64,000 nucleotides of DNA from Spizellomyces punctatus DAOM BR117 (Eukaryota). Both the position numbers and the translations under genes were made by a program. Below, piece by piece: positions 34,010-47,800 of the stretch. The stretch lies in assembly GCA_000182565.2 (NCBI GenBank), contig KQ257453.1; one strand, given 5' to 3'. Below the pieces are notes generated by a model. It made no database searches and was not told the origin of the DNA. It saw only the letters and a list, made by a program, of their open reading frames with translations. Position 1 is the first letter of the stretch. Each line of letters starts with the position of its first letter.

Positions 34010-36912
34010 ATGGAGCAATCAGTTGTCGCCAGCACGAACACCACACCGTATGTTTCCCGCCCGCCCCCAATACCACCTTTCACCCACATGCCGCGGGGTG
34101 GAGTTGCGTACTCGTACGTTTCCCATTAGCATGATGCTCTGGCAACGATTACATAATACTGGGAGCATCTTTGACTTATTTGTGGTTATTATTTACTTTT
34201 TACGGATTTGCCTACAGACGAAAGTATCGGGATCTACAGCGAGAGCAAGAAAAGGACAAGAAGGCTGCGGCTATGGAGATCCAAAAGACCATACAGCGAC
34301 TTGCGAACGAAACGGAGCGACGACGAAGGTCGGCATGTGGCTCGCGTGACTGGTGATGTTCCAAGCTTCTAATGCTACATGTCTTGTATATTATAGAGAG
34401 GCATTGGAGAAAAAGCGACGAGAACGAGAAAGAGATGATCGAGAACGAGCTCGTATACTTGAAGCCCGTAGAGCGAAGCTGGAAGCAGCTGCACCTCCAT
34501 GGAGATTAGGGACATCTACAACCACATTATCTGGACAACGCCCACCACCCAGACCGCATATGCCCACCTGTAATAGCAGTTCAAGATCTCTGTCTCGTTG
34601 TTCCAACCGCCCACAAAGCCGTTCACAGTCATCTATACCAACTCGCCATCCAACCCGCGCATCGAAAATCCACTCTGCTCCACCGAAAGTCTTGTGCTCT
34701 GCTCCCACCCTTGGACACGATAAGGAAAGGAGGAATGATGACAGTTTTTTGCAGGATCATCCTGCCTGTACCACATATACGGAAAATACTTGTGGATTGG
34801 GGAGGACGAGGCGACCATCATCAGGTACCATTCTTTGATGCATTGGCCATGTACCTGAATCAACCCCAACTGACAAATCGTGCAGGGCGAAGTCACCTCA
34901 GTTATGTTACAGCTCACAATGGTCGAAGCGTTCGTGTTGTAAAAGGCTACTCGGTCGAATTACTTGACGGCGACAACGACTGGACGTCAGCGTGAGTACT
35001 GTTCACGCTTGTTTGCCCGATGCAGTCTTCTAACAGTCATGCTTTTCGGGTGTAGGAGCGCTTCAGTTCAGTCCCGTTCCAAATCCAGTCTGAAATCTCC
35101 TGTAATGTCTCGGGCAAGTAGTGGTAACAAATCTCTATATGACGAGCTTGAAGCTCTGCACACCGCGGACCTTGCGCCATCTCCTATGCCAAATTACCCT
35201 CCTCCTCCGGAAAAATCACAATCTTCACCCATACCAGAGCCAGCCCGGCGTATCTTACCAAACATTGTCGATCTCTCCCCATCCGCCGACCCATCATTTG
35301 GCGGAATAGAGAATCTAGAACAGTTGCTACATACTGATTGCAGGAAGAGCGAGAAATGGACACAGTCAAATCAGTTATCGAACGCTGCTGATCTACAGGT
35401 TCGATGCGTTTCCCGTCCACAAAGTGCTCGGTTCGACAAGTTGGGTGGATCCGCACCAAATTTGGACGTTGAGCGAGTTCGCGGCATAAGCTCAGTTGCT
35501 GAAAGATCTCGGTCGTCATCAGAACTGGATGATAAAGTGTCAACCAGTCGACGTACTTCCCAAGCAGGGCCTGACTCTACAACACAATCGCAGTTGAAAG
35601 GCGAGCAGCAGCCTGGAGCTCGACAGTCCGCCACTCCACCGACATCGGTGCAGCGTTCATCACTTGCAATGTCTCGCCCAGGATCGGCGGGAAGACCGGG
35701 CAGTGCAAAGACGATTACATTTGCAGACAAGCCTGTGATTCTTGGGACATCCTCTCATAGCTCCTTCTTTGATGAAATTGAAGGCGAGCCGAAAGACGAG
35801 GATCATCACATTGAGAGCGGTAATGGTGACTTGTTGATAAGCCTTATGCTTGCTCATGATCAATAATATATCCGAAATTATTTATTTGATACAGATTCGG
35901 ACTCTGAGCCTCCAGCATTTGTCACGCCAGCAACGCATCGTACAAAGGATGAATCTGGATCCATTGATACCGTAACAAACACTACAAGGGATAACCTGAC
36001 CGGATCAGCCGTCGATATAGCAAGAACCGGTTCTCGACATGTGCCCCAGACGCCCCCAAAGAGTCATTCATCCCCGTCAATTACGCAAACACAATCTGAA
36101 AGCGTCCGGTCACCTCTCTCACGCAGCCTCAATTCAATAAATCCCTCCCACCCAACAAGGATTAACCCCGCATCCGAGATCCGGCTCGCAACGCGGGAAC
36201 TCGTCCCTAAAGATCTCCTTCCGCTACCAGTAACCAAGCGACCACGCTCCGCACCCTCAAAAAGGGATAACAGTGCACTCCCTCCAATCCACGGCAATAC
36301 CACAGACGTCCTACCCTCACGAATACCCAGATGGAGAAGTGCTCCAGTGATTAGCGATCGATGCAAAGAAAGGATAAAACTACCTCCTATACAAAAGAAA
36401 GTTGTGACTACCAGACCGGGACGGGGACAGAGAGGTGAACATTTACAATCCAGGCTTGGAAATCTCAAAAAACTCACATCTACCTTTTTTTTTTAGAATC
36501 CCTCGAAATCTTTCTTTATGCAGAAGAGCTAAGCAAGCGATCTGACATGTCTGTAAAACTAATATCCGATGAACTCGACCGCATTCAAATGTACAGGCGG
36601 ATGGATTCCGCTGAAGACGTAAACGTCGTCCAGCAAAAGCGTGTACAAAGCAGTGCAATGTCCCGCCGGGATATACTTTCGTTCAACTCTTCACTTCCCC
36701 CAGACCAGCAGGGTTTTGGCCGAAACTTGGAAGGCAAGAAAGGGGATACTGGAGTTGGAGTTCGAAGGAAAAATGAAGGATATATCTATCGGCATCCAAC
36801 TAGCGGACCTTTACCGCTTGTTGCGGAAGAGACGCAGCTGGTCAAATCCATCGAGAATCTGGATCGGCTGTTGTCTGCGAAAATGGGAAAGCTTGGGTTC
36901 TGTGGGCGGTGA
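34010..36912 (+). CDS. Multi-exon hypothetical protein (coiled-coil N-terminus, S/P-rich disordered region)
   Basis: Chain of ORFs joined by GT-AG introns (RKYRDLQREQEKDKK...; ...LVKSIENLDRLLSAK). Exon boundaries approximate. Confidence 0.55.
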
Positions 36913-38043
36913 CTGTTTCCTCTTGTACGTTATGAAACAAGTGCGATGATAGACTTTTACAAGTAGAAAGGGGATTTACTGTATAATTAAGCTGTATCTT
37001 TTTAGATACATGATGATACCATGCATGTGCATCTGTGGAGTTGGTTATAACCTAAATGCCATAGTAGGAGATGTGAGCGCTTGACGCCTTCAACGCGCTT
37101 TCACCATTTTGATGGAAGGCGGTCTTCGTCCAGCCATCTTTCAACATTTCAAAGTTTAGCCTTCTTTGGAGCATGTTGCTCACAATACCGCGCCCACATT
37201 GTACAGGTGGCCGACTATACATCCCTTGTTTGCCCATGCTGCTCTGATTAGATCAATCACCAAACCTTCAGATCGCAATTACCCGCAATGATAGGTTTGG
37301 TCCTACGAGACGTCGAAATTGATGGTTGTCGCCCACTTTTAGATTGGCAGAGCTGATATCGCGCAACCAGCCAATCTACTAACCTGCAAGCAATGTATCG
37401 GCTTACTTGAGCGGCTTGAGAAAAGAACAACTATACTCTATAGTTGAGTACGCGAGAGATGAAATAACAAAAACGATTGGATCTATTCAATAACCAACCA
37501 AAGCTTTTCCTTTGCATTCTACCAACCAGATCCCAACATTTGTGCCAATTTCCTGCATAAAATTATCATTCTCCAAGCACCGCTTTTTCTGTAAGTTGAA
37601 GCGCACCAGTAACTACTGTGGGTTGCAAATCCAACAAGCGCCCTTGCTCTTGGGGAGCGGCAGTTGCAAATCCAAAAGGAAAAGGGGCTGGTGGAAATAA
37701 AACTCAGCAAGCCGCAAAATCGCCGGAACCTCCGTGTCGTGGATAAATAGCTAAATTGGGACAAAGTCTTAATCACGTGAATATATTTTTAGATGTCAAA
37801 AATGTTTATTTTCTTTTGAAATCCTGGAATTTGGCACAGCTTTTTCAAAACCCCCCCCCCCCCCCCATCGCCCGAACGCCCCCGCCCAACGGTACAGCCA
37901 GGGTCGACCGCTTGCAGAGGCAGTGCATCAATTTTGTATTTTTTTTTTCTTTTGGATTTTTACAAGATGGGCAGGCGGGCTATAAAATGTGATGATGCTG
38001 TGGTCTCTCCTTCCAGCATCATAATATCTCAAACCATTTAACA

Positions 38044-38679
38044 ATGCTCAAGTCTTTTGCCTCGGTCCTTCTTCTTTTGGCGCCGCTCGCGTCTGCCCAA
38101 ACCTTCATTGATGCACCTCTCGTGTATCCAACAACTCCAATTGGTGAAACCATCTGGACGCCTGGCTCACAAGTCAAAGTTCAATGGACTATCCTTCCCA
38201 ATCACCCTCAGGAGGTGACGGCCTTGACCATTGAACTCGGCATCGGTCAAAACACAACCGTCACTGGATCGGGCCGCTTCGTCGCTCCTTTGCCCGGTGT
38301 TGCGTATCCTGGGACCCTTGAGATTGATTACACTGTGCCCGCAGACCTACCGCCAAGGCAATACGCCTTGATCTTTGTCGGACGAGGTCAGGGAGGCGCA
38401 TTGTACGGACCCAATTGGACAACTTGGTTCACAGTAGGAGCTGGCAATGCCACCGCATCAACGACTGCTGCGCCTTTGTCAACCACAGCCGCGCCAACAT
38501 CTACTGCGCCAGTACCTGCCAGTGCTGCAACCAAAAGTACTCCTACCTCAACCACAGCTGTGATAACCCCTACTGGGCGTCCACTGTCGGGAACCTCCAG
38601 TGGTGCAAGCGCTCTGTATACCGGACTCTGTGGTTTGGTCGGAGTAGCTGGTTTGACGTTGAGTTTGCTGACTGTTTAG
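38044..38679 (+). CDS. Secreted Ser/Thr-rich, probably GPI-anchored wall protein (Kre9/Knh1-like Ig fold)
   Basis: Signal peptide, IWTPGSQVKVQW, T/S/A/P-rich stalk, SGA omega-like site plus hydrophobic tail; TATA at 37981. Confidence 0.8.
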   Translation: MLKSFASVLLLLAPLASAQTFIDAPLVYPTTPIGETIWTPGSQVKVQWTILPNHPQEVTALTIELGIGQNTTVTGSGRFVAPLPGVAYPGTLEIDYTVPADLPPRQYALIFVGRGQGGALYGPNWTTWFTVGAGNATASTTAAPLSTTAAPTSTAPVPASAATKSTPTSTTAVITPTGRPLSGTSSGASALYTGLCGLVGVAGLTLSLLTV

Positions 38680-38844
38680 ATGAGATAGACAAGTTTTTGT
38701 AGTATAGTGTACACTGTATGATATAATAGATGTTCGATATTAGATTATTCAAAGTTGCCTCGTCTATTTTCCCACAGCTGGGCATGCTCTTTGGACTATC
38801 TTCTTGGGGCTTGTTTTTCGCGTGATTTATACCATCAGCCCAAA

Positions 38845-39531
38845 TCATTCTGCCCTCACAAAGACCTTCATCTGCTCCCACGGACGCAAGCCTACTGCAC
38901 CACCGTACACTTGCCTCCATCCAGCCATGGACGCAATGACACTCTCATCTGAAAACGGATCTTCCGAGATTGGTCCGACAAGGATGACTCTGGTTATGTG
39001 CGGACAAACCTCCAGATATATGGGAAGCAATGCCGGACGACGAAGGTATGAAGCGAATAGAATCGTGGCATCAGGAACCGCAGATATTTCCGGAGTTTCA
39101 GATCGGATCAGCACGAATCTGTCAGAGTCGAGGAAAACGTTGATATTTGCCACGTCGATGCCATATATTAGCAATTTTGAGCCTGCCACGAATTGCAACA
39201 GGTACTCCAAGAGACCTGACGCCGAGCCAATGCTGAGGAGAATCGTTCCCGGGTAGTTGTCACTATCAGTTACCCCACAGTGCTTCAATATCGTCTCTAG
39301 CAATGGACGACAGGGACGGACACAACACAGCGAAGTGGAAGCAGAGTCATCATCAAACAGGGAGATAATGGATGAAGGGTTCTGTGTCTTGTGAAGGTTG
39401 CGAATGGTATCGTTGGTTTTCGAAAGGCTGGAAGCACCTGGGGAGGTGTAGAGGTCGGTTGAAGACCACATATTAGCCCGTAAAAGTTCATAGCCCAGAC
39501 GATCGAACGCTGCAGCAAATCCGCATTCCAT
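38845..39531 (-). CDS. Hypothetical methyltransferase-like protein
   Basis: ILLSIGSASGLLEYLL glycine-rich motif followed by IYGIDV. Confidence 0.55.
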   Translation of the reverse strand: MECGFAAAFDRLGYELLRANMWSSTDLYTSPGASSLSKTNDTIRNLHKTQNPSSIISLFDDDSASTSLCCVRPCRPLLETILKHCGVTDSDNYPGTILLSIGSASGLLEYLLQFVAGSKLLIYGIDVANINVFLDSDRFVLIRSETPEISAVPDATILFASYLRRPALLPIYLEVCPHITRVILVGPISEDPFSDESVIASMAGWRQVYGGAVGLRPWEQMKVFVRAE

Positions 39532-39826
39532 TTGGTTACATGGATTGATTGCTGAGGTAATGCAGCCCTAACTCCCCGACGGGTTGCGACTTGTATATCC
39601 TCAGGTTCCTTAGCTAACCAGGGTAATGAATGATTAGATCAAACGATGGGCACCAAGACGCCCAAAACCGGGTCTGGAAGGGCTTCAGGACTCGCATTCT
39701 AATGGCTGGGGATCCGTATTTAGAAGAGACTAGGACATCCCCTTCCTAGTGGTATACACTGTTGATTGCGTGGAAGACTACGAATTTCATACAAAGATTC
39801 TTGAAACCATACTTTCAGTATTAAAA

Positions 39827-41484
39827 ATGGCTGCCACAGCGTCCACCTGTAGTCGCATCTACCTTTTGATTAATGACGGGTCGCCACGGAATGAGACCAT
39901 CGAGTTTGCAAAGAGTGCTTCACCAGAGGAAATAAGAGCAGGCTTATTGGCCGCTGCAGAAATTGGCGGGGAACCAAAAGGGGCCATTGTAAAAGTTTCA
40001 ACGAAAGACGGTGTGCTGCTCCCTGTATCGGTCGATGGACTGACACCCAATTCGGAAGACAATCGATATATTTTGAATGTTAAAAAGGGTAGGTGCATCG
40101 ATCAACTGTGATTGAGGAACTAGATGTTAACCTTCGCTGAACTCATCTTCAGACAGCCTCATCAAGAATGATGCAGCTTCCGCAGTTATGTCTCCCGAGA
40201 TCGGAACCGCCAATTTGGATCTTTCCGCCCTCAAAGCAACTCTAAAAAGTTTGGAAGCCGACCTAGATGGTCTAACTGAAAAGAAAGGTCAACTAGCAAA
40301 CATTCCAACTCAGCATACGCCAAAGAGAGCTGTTAAACGGGTGTCTCAAATTGATCCTCGCTACATGTCTCAACCCAAATATGTGTTCACGGATGAAACC
40401 ATCAAATATTTGAAGACTCCGACATTCGACCCTTGGCAATGGCAGGAAAACGAAATGTTGGCTTTACTGGAATTCATGTTCGTTGAGTTGGGGGTGGTGG
40501 ATGAGTTCAAGATCGACATTCCTGTTCTGCGAAAGTTTTTGCAGGCTGTGAAGGATGGATATAATGCCAATGTGAGTATACACAAACGGTTTCGCATTGA
40601 AACACCTTCGAGTAACACTTGGCGATTCTTCGTGAATAGCCATTCCACAATTTCCGCCATTGCTTTTGCGTCACTCAGATGATGTACGGTATCCTCCATA
40701 CGACCAAAGTCGTGGAGAAGCTTACCCCAGCGGACAAGCTTATCCTTCTCGCCGCCTGTGTCGGGCACGATCTCGATCATCCAGGATTTAACAATGCATA
40801 TCAAGTAAATGCCCGTACGGATCTGGCGATTATTTACAACGATGTATCCCCATTGGAAATGCATCATTGCGCCGTCTTGTTCACGATTCTGAAGCATCCG
40901 GACACAAATATCATGTCCAACATTCCAGATTCGACCTATCGTGATATTCGCAAGGGCATCATTCGCGGGATACTTGCGACTGACATGGCAAAGCACGCAG
41001 ATCTCCTCTCGCAGATGAAGAAGTACGCAGATGAAGGTTTCAAGTATTCTGATGCGGAGCAGAAAAGTTGCTTGTTGCAGATGATCATCAAATGTGCTGA
41101 TGTGAGCAATGAGGTGCGGCCTCCGGACGTTGCGGAGCCCTGGGTCGATTGTTTGTTGGAAGAATTCTTTGAGCAAGCGGATCACGAGAAGGCTGCTGGA
41201 CTGCCATTTGCTCCTTTCATGGATCGAGAAAAAGTTACCAAAGCTGGTGCCCAGGTTGGGTGAGTAGCGAATGTCTTTCAATCATTTGCAATATCCTCTG
41301 TAATAATTCAGCGGTTCGGTTCTATGTTGATAGTTTTATTGGATTTGTACTGATACCGCTTTACGAACTTATGGCCCGTGTACTCGACAACATGGATCCA
41401 ATCATTACTCCCGTCAAGCAAGCTTTAGCCTATTACAAAGAATTGCAGGAGAAGGAGAAGGCAGCTGCTACTGGCGGGAAGTGA
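39827..41484 (+). CDS. Class I 3',5'-cyclic nucleotide phosphodiesterase, PDE9-like
   Basis: PFHNFRHCF (spliced), HDLDHPGFNNAYQVNARTDLAIIYND.SPLEMHH, ILATDMAKH, IKCADVSNEVRP and PFMDREKVTK. Confidence 0.92.
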
Positions 41485-41870
41485 ATGCCGGAGGCATACC
41501 TTTCAAAGGTGTCCTGCATGGAAATAGCATTTTACAAGTTCTTGAACGTGTTGGTCGCGCTGATGTGTCAGCATCGGTAATTTGCCCGGATATGGGCATC
41601 TGACATGTACGAAGCCTTTCAGCTCACCACTACAGGTCCAAAAACCTTTGCTCATCTTCCTTGTCGACGTTCAAAGCATACCCATTAAACCCAGTCATCT
41701 GCAAGCGCTCATGTCATTCTAAGACGCACTCTTATTGTAGCTCTTTTTTTCGTGTAAGTGTATATCCACTTGTCTCTTAGTGGGTCTTGGCATTCGTAAC
41801 CTCCCATGCCCTTCATACGAAAGTGTAAGCAAACAAGGTCGCCTGAAGAGCAGACAACCCTATTGCCGCA

Positions 41871-44800
41871 ATGCAGCACATACAACAAATAATAGCAGGG
41901 AAATCCAACACGACGTTGTCGTCAATTGCGACGGGGGTTTATCGCGGGACGCGATATGTGGTGCGTAATGTGCAGTGTCGTTGCTGGAGGAACGTGTAGC
42001 ACTATATTCAGAATGGTTGCATTATTTTCTTTTAGATCTATGCAAGCGGTGCTAATTGTATCGTCTATACTGCAACCAACGAATTCGTCCAGATTCTGAG
42101 AAGTCCAGCTGGTGATGAGGAAGAGGTAGCAGCCGTTGCATTTGCGTCTGACGGAGGATGTGTAAGTTCCGTCTTGAGAGAATAATTTTAAGCTAAATAT
42201 GGCGGGAATCATATGGGCAATGGAACATAGATGTATTGGTTCAGATGCTCTGACTCAATTGGTGCAACTATGGAGAGCCACATCTAAAAGCTGCTTGATG
42301 TGCAGATCGCGGCATCATTCGGAGACAAAGTTCTATTATTCAAACCCCGTGAAGGTGGGGATAAGGTATTTCATAATAGCTGCATGAGTGGAGGATTCCA
42401 AACCTTGTCAATGACTGTTATTCTTCAGATTCAGTGGAACTTGGAAAGCACGTTGACGCACCCCAACCCAGTACGGGCAATATCGTGGAGTACGCAAGGT
42501 GATTATAATCCATGGAGAGGAAACGTCGTATGAATCGAAACCTCACGCGTAGCCAGGTGAATTGTTGGTCGCTGGACGATCTATATGCTTATGGGAACGA
42601 AAGGACGATGGGGTAGATGCGCAAGATGGTGGCTGGATACAAACGTGGAGTGTTAGGTAAGATATTGAATTTCGGAATAGCCTTAGTAAGCTCTTCTAAG
42701 CTGTTCAACAGCTTATCATCAGACGTTGCCAAAGCGGAATTCTCGCCAGATGGACATTTCTTTGCGACTTTCGGAGAGGTGTGCATCCAAACCTCGAGTT
42801 GCGCAATCCTTTCTACTTCGTGAGTCTAAAATGACGTCCATTGGTCAGTTTGACAGGCTTGTTAAAGTGTGGAATAAGGTCACGGAAGGTACGAGTTGGT
42901 CGTTTCTCGGTAGATCACGCCGTACTAATTGACACACCCAGGTCACGGCAAAGACTTTCCAAAGTACAACTTTGTGTACTTACCACATGCGAGATCCGTG
43001 ATTAACATGGAGTGGCGACGCACATCAAAACACCGGTATGGCACTATCGAGCATGTATTACCGGCCGTATACTTAGACATGAAGACCATTTTTGTACAGA
43101 CTGGTTGAGGACAACGTCTTGATGACAATATCTCGGGATAACATATGTCGGCTCTGGTGCCCCGTCTCGGAAGCCGAGCCATATGAATTTCATCTTGCAG
43201 TCGCCATCGACCCCACCGATTTCCCACTCACTGAGGACCCAACCAAATCACCGCATCCCCATATCTGCGCTGTGCACTGGCTGCACAGTGAAGAGATTCA
43301 ACGCGCCATCAAACTCAGAGAAGAGGAAGAGAAGCGATTTGCCAAGAAGAATTCACGTCGAAAACCTGGTTCCACACTGCTGAAGAGTCGGAAATTGAAA
43401 GACGCAGTAAAAGACTATTCCGAAATACTCTTTCATGTCCAGAGCGATGGAGCTATGATAGTTTGGGGAGTGCAGTATCTGACGAGCCGTCCAAGGCGGA
43501 TGGCAAAAGTCATTGTGCTCATGAAAACTGACCAGACGGTCGCCTCTGAAGATTTCGACTTTTTTGAAGGGAATGTAACAGTCTTTCATAATGACTGGGC
43601 CATGAAAAAGTCCGGTGCGTAATTCATATTGTTTATGGAGTAGAGCATTACACAGTGCTTACGGTCACTATTACAGCGATTTTCTTCCCAGCTGAACTCC
43701 AAATACTTGCCCAACGGGCAGACGGCATCATCAACACATATACAATGAATCTGGATGACTTCTTCGCCACATCTTGGATGATTCCACACCTATCGCTGAT
43801 GCACTCATGGGGTGGTCCTCGTGGTTCTGTAAAGAAACTTTGCAGACATCCGAATAAGAATTTCGTTGCGTCTGTCGGGATGGATGGAGAGGTCATTGTT
43901 TATCAGAGTAGTGTCCCGCAGGTTGGGATTGTTGAACAATTTGCAATGAAGGAAATTACACTGACCCGTCCTTTGATAGGTTGGACTGAGGACAACCGAT
44001 GGCTTGCAAGTCATAGCTTCTTTTCCAGCGGATGGCGTTCACGACAGAACTCGGAACGTCACTTGGCTTCCTCATGGTAGGACGTCGTCTGTCACTGATT
44101 CTGGTGGGCTTGCTTCCTTAATGTACACGTTCCAGGCTTGCATCTCGTCATTGAGGAAGCGGGTATATTGATATTATACCGTATCGATGCAGCGGGAAAG
44201 ACCAAGCTACGAGAACTGGAAGGATATGATTCGACATGTCGTTTACTTCTTCTGCATGCCTATTACGATGCCGAAGTTAATGAAAAGAACGCCGTACATA
44301 TTATTGGTATCGGAGCCGAGAACACCGTGTTTGTGTGGGCCGCAGAGTTCAATGGTAGGTATCTGCCGTTGGCCAGTTATGTTGAATACGTTGGGTATAG
44401 GCCTGACCTTTTTCGGGTTCTTAATTAGCGAATGACGCTGTGGGAGCATCATTAATATCAAAAAGCCGCCTCGAGCATTCAATTGTTCGCGCCTCCCCGA
44501 CAGATGACCTGTGTTCGACCTTTTACCCCGACTCTCCAGTCGGTGCACATGTCTTTTTGACCTTTTCCGAAGACAATATAGTTCGATTTTGGCATACTGG
44601 GAATGGAAGTCTGGCGTCGCTTGCGTCCAATGACACTCAGCCATGGCGGGTAGTAGCGGAGTTTGAAGTCAATGAGGTGGCGGAGCTCGTGGAAACTGAT
44701 GCATTCGGTAAACTAGCGATAGGTGAGGGTCGCATAGTGCCTTATGCAGCTTCGTCATACTATTTCTCATGTTCTCAATGGCCGATACAGTGTCTGTTAA

Positions 44801-47800
44801 GGATGGTAGCAGGCAGCTGGCCGTCTGGGGAAATGAAGCCACGGGTTTGGAGATGAGAGAGGAATGGAGGATTTCGCTGAGGTACATTCTGAGGTTGTGT
44901 TATAAGTCAATGCAACTGCTCAACGGCATCTTTTGTCCGAACCTCAACAGTGATAGCGTGATTGGAATGGACTGGTACTTCACATCAGATGGCCAACATG
45001 TACTTGCCCTAGCTATGCCCAACCGGGTGCACGTGTATTGCCAGCAGCGACTGGCCAGCGTAGAGGACGTGCCTAGCTGGACGATCATCAGTACTATTGA
45101 GCTACCCTGGTGTGTGGCAGAGCGTTAGTGGCATTACTATGTCGCATATATGTTGATTGTGTATCTGTAATGTCAGGACGGATACGGTTTCCGCGGTGTC
45201 ATGGTTAACAAATGGATCGCTAGCGGTTGCAACTGGGCAGAAGATATCCGTCTATGAGAAGTGGCTTGAGGAAGATGAAACTGGTATGCAACTTGGTGTC
45301 ACATATTCGCAACTTTTCACTGAAATCGGTAGAAGGGCCATCGGCCAGGGATGATGATGCAACACCCAGACACATGTTTTCTGTGGTGGATGAAACAAAC
45401 GGCCGGATGCCCGATCATCATCCACAATTACTTGTGCAATATCTACTGTGGGGTGAGTGTAGTTACCGAGTTATTTTGAGAAAGGGAAATCAGTCGTTGC
45501 ATGCTCATCAACGAACATATATAGGAAAATTCAATTTAGCGCGATATACCCTTTCCTTACTGTATCATTTTGTCAAACGTATGGTCGAGAGCGGGAGAAT
45601 CATCAGCGCTACCCCTATGCCCCTGTGGAAGATATTTGCCGACGATGAGGTATATTGATTCGTGCAATTGGCCTATATGCGTCACTTTCTTTTCACCGTG
45701 CTTGTATAGCCAGAGACACAGGGCGGGCAGCAATACGATGCCTTGTTTGATTTTGGTGACGATGACTCTCAGTATGCATCTGGCTATGTGTGAGGTCAAT
45801 TTTACCGAGCTTCAACTGATCGGCTCATCTGTGGCAGGAAGGAAGTTAAAGTTGGCGAGTTTGGGGACGAGCAGGCAGCGTATCTTTCGGAGCAGTTGGC
45901 AAAAATATCACTGCCTGGTATCACCAATGTGGAGCAGATGTCCCTTTTGGCGGTAATCGATACGCTTGTACAGGTACTGTTGAGAGGGATACCATATCCT
46001 GACGTCAGCCCTTCTGACATTGACTGGATGGAATCTGGCAGGTGGAAAAACAGAAGCGATCCCTAGACGAGAATGGAGTCCGATATGTCCTCGCCATGCG
46101 TTTGTTCCTGTTTTCACAGAAGTCCTTTCCGTCTCACCTAAAGCCAAACGGCCTGACGTCGAGGGATATTACTTGGGCTTACTTTAGCGATTCGCAGGTA
46201 GTGTTTCATAGCAGATCTCCAGGCATCATTGTATACTGAAATGGTAAAATTCTCCCCTGTTGTAGGACATGCTCTTAGATTTCATTACCCAGTCATTCAA
46301 CAATAAACTCATCTGGAAAGATGCTAAAGCTCTAGGAATTGGTTTCTGGCTCCGCAACGCGGATACGCTCCGCCGAACTGTGGAAACAATGGCACGGAAC
46401 CAGTACATGGGCCCGAATGAGTCACGAGACCCTGTGGACTGTTCGCTGTTCTACATGGCGCTGAAAAAGAAGAATGTGCTACTAGGGCTGTGGAAATTAG
46501 CCAATGCCCATCCTGAACAAGCTGCCATGTTGAAATTCTTGGCAAATGATTTTGAAACAGACAGGTGGAAGAGCGCAGCGCTAAAGAACGCGTTTGCATT
46601 GTTAGGAAAGCAAAGATATGGTAAGATTTCTAACAAGCCAAGTGTAATTGTTGCGAGCCTCATCTCTTTTTGGATTATCTAGAGTACGCGGTAACCTTCT
46701 TCTTGTTGGCCGACAAACTTAAAGATGCCGTGAATGTATGTTTAAAGCAACTGAACGATCCCCAGTTGGCAATCGTTATTTGCCGTCTGTATGAAGGTAG
46801 GAGTGATTTAGTGATAAAATTCAATGATCCTCCACTAACTGGTCTGTTCAACCTTAGGGGAAGATGGCCCCATTCAGCGTGAGATGCTCTTGAATAGCAT
46901 TCTTCCACGGGCGCTTGATCAAGGCGATAGGTGGCTTGCCAGTGTTGCTTTTACAATGCTGAAACAGAGAGATAAAGCTTTATTAGCGACCTTGGTAGGG
47001 ATTATCTGATCATTGTTCAGCATCGAGGCCCGCTCAAGACCTCATCATCTTGTGTAATGTCTAATAGACCCCGCTAGATACGCTACTTCCTCCATCAGAC
47101 GAAGTGCAAACGTCGCCGCCCGACCAAAGTTCAAAGCCCCAATCCCTCTCAGATCCGACCCTCTTAGTATTTTATCACCATCTTCGTCGATCATACCGAA
47201 GTATGCGAATTTCTCAACCCCGCATCCCACCGGATCTGGAATGCGAATTTGTGTACCGAAGTGCACAGGCATACGAACAATTGGGATGCCCGGGTTTGGC
47301 ATTAGATATTGTGAGGAAAGCGGATGAGCTGGTTGGATTATATGTAACAGACGAGGAGGCTGTCCCGGTTGTTTACAAACCTCCGTCCGATGACATCGCT
47401 GTCGGGGTCTTGGATATAGATAAATGGGGAGCCGGAATCAAAACCAGCGAGATCAAGTCAGAAGAATCGGCTTCAAAGGAGACAGCAGGCGGTATTGACT
47501 GGGGCGACCCCGTTTCAAAGCAGAATGCTGGAGACTTTGACTGGGGTGCACCAGTTTCACAACAGACAAGCGCAGGCATCGATTGGGGCGAGCCTGTCAA
47601 CAAAACAACCGCTGATACTTTCGATTGGGGGGCACCAGTTTCTAATCAAACCGCGGGTGGGATCGACTGGGGTGAACCTACGTCAGGACCAACGATTAAG
47701 ACTTCAATGGATGATGAGTTTGAAGCCTTCAAAAGGAGTCTCGGTGGGTATCAAGAGGAGGAAATCACAGATCTCGACCTCGAGGAGGAAAATGGAGATA

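Noticed and set aside
40370-41281. 303-aa antisense ORF
   Set aside because: Shadow of the PDE coding exons.
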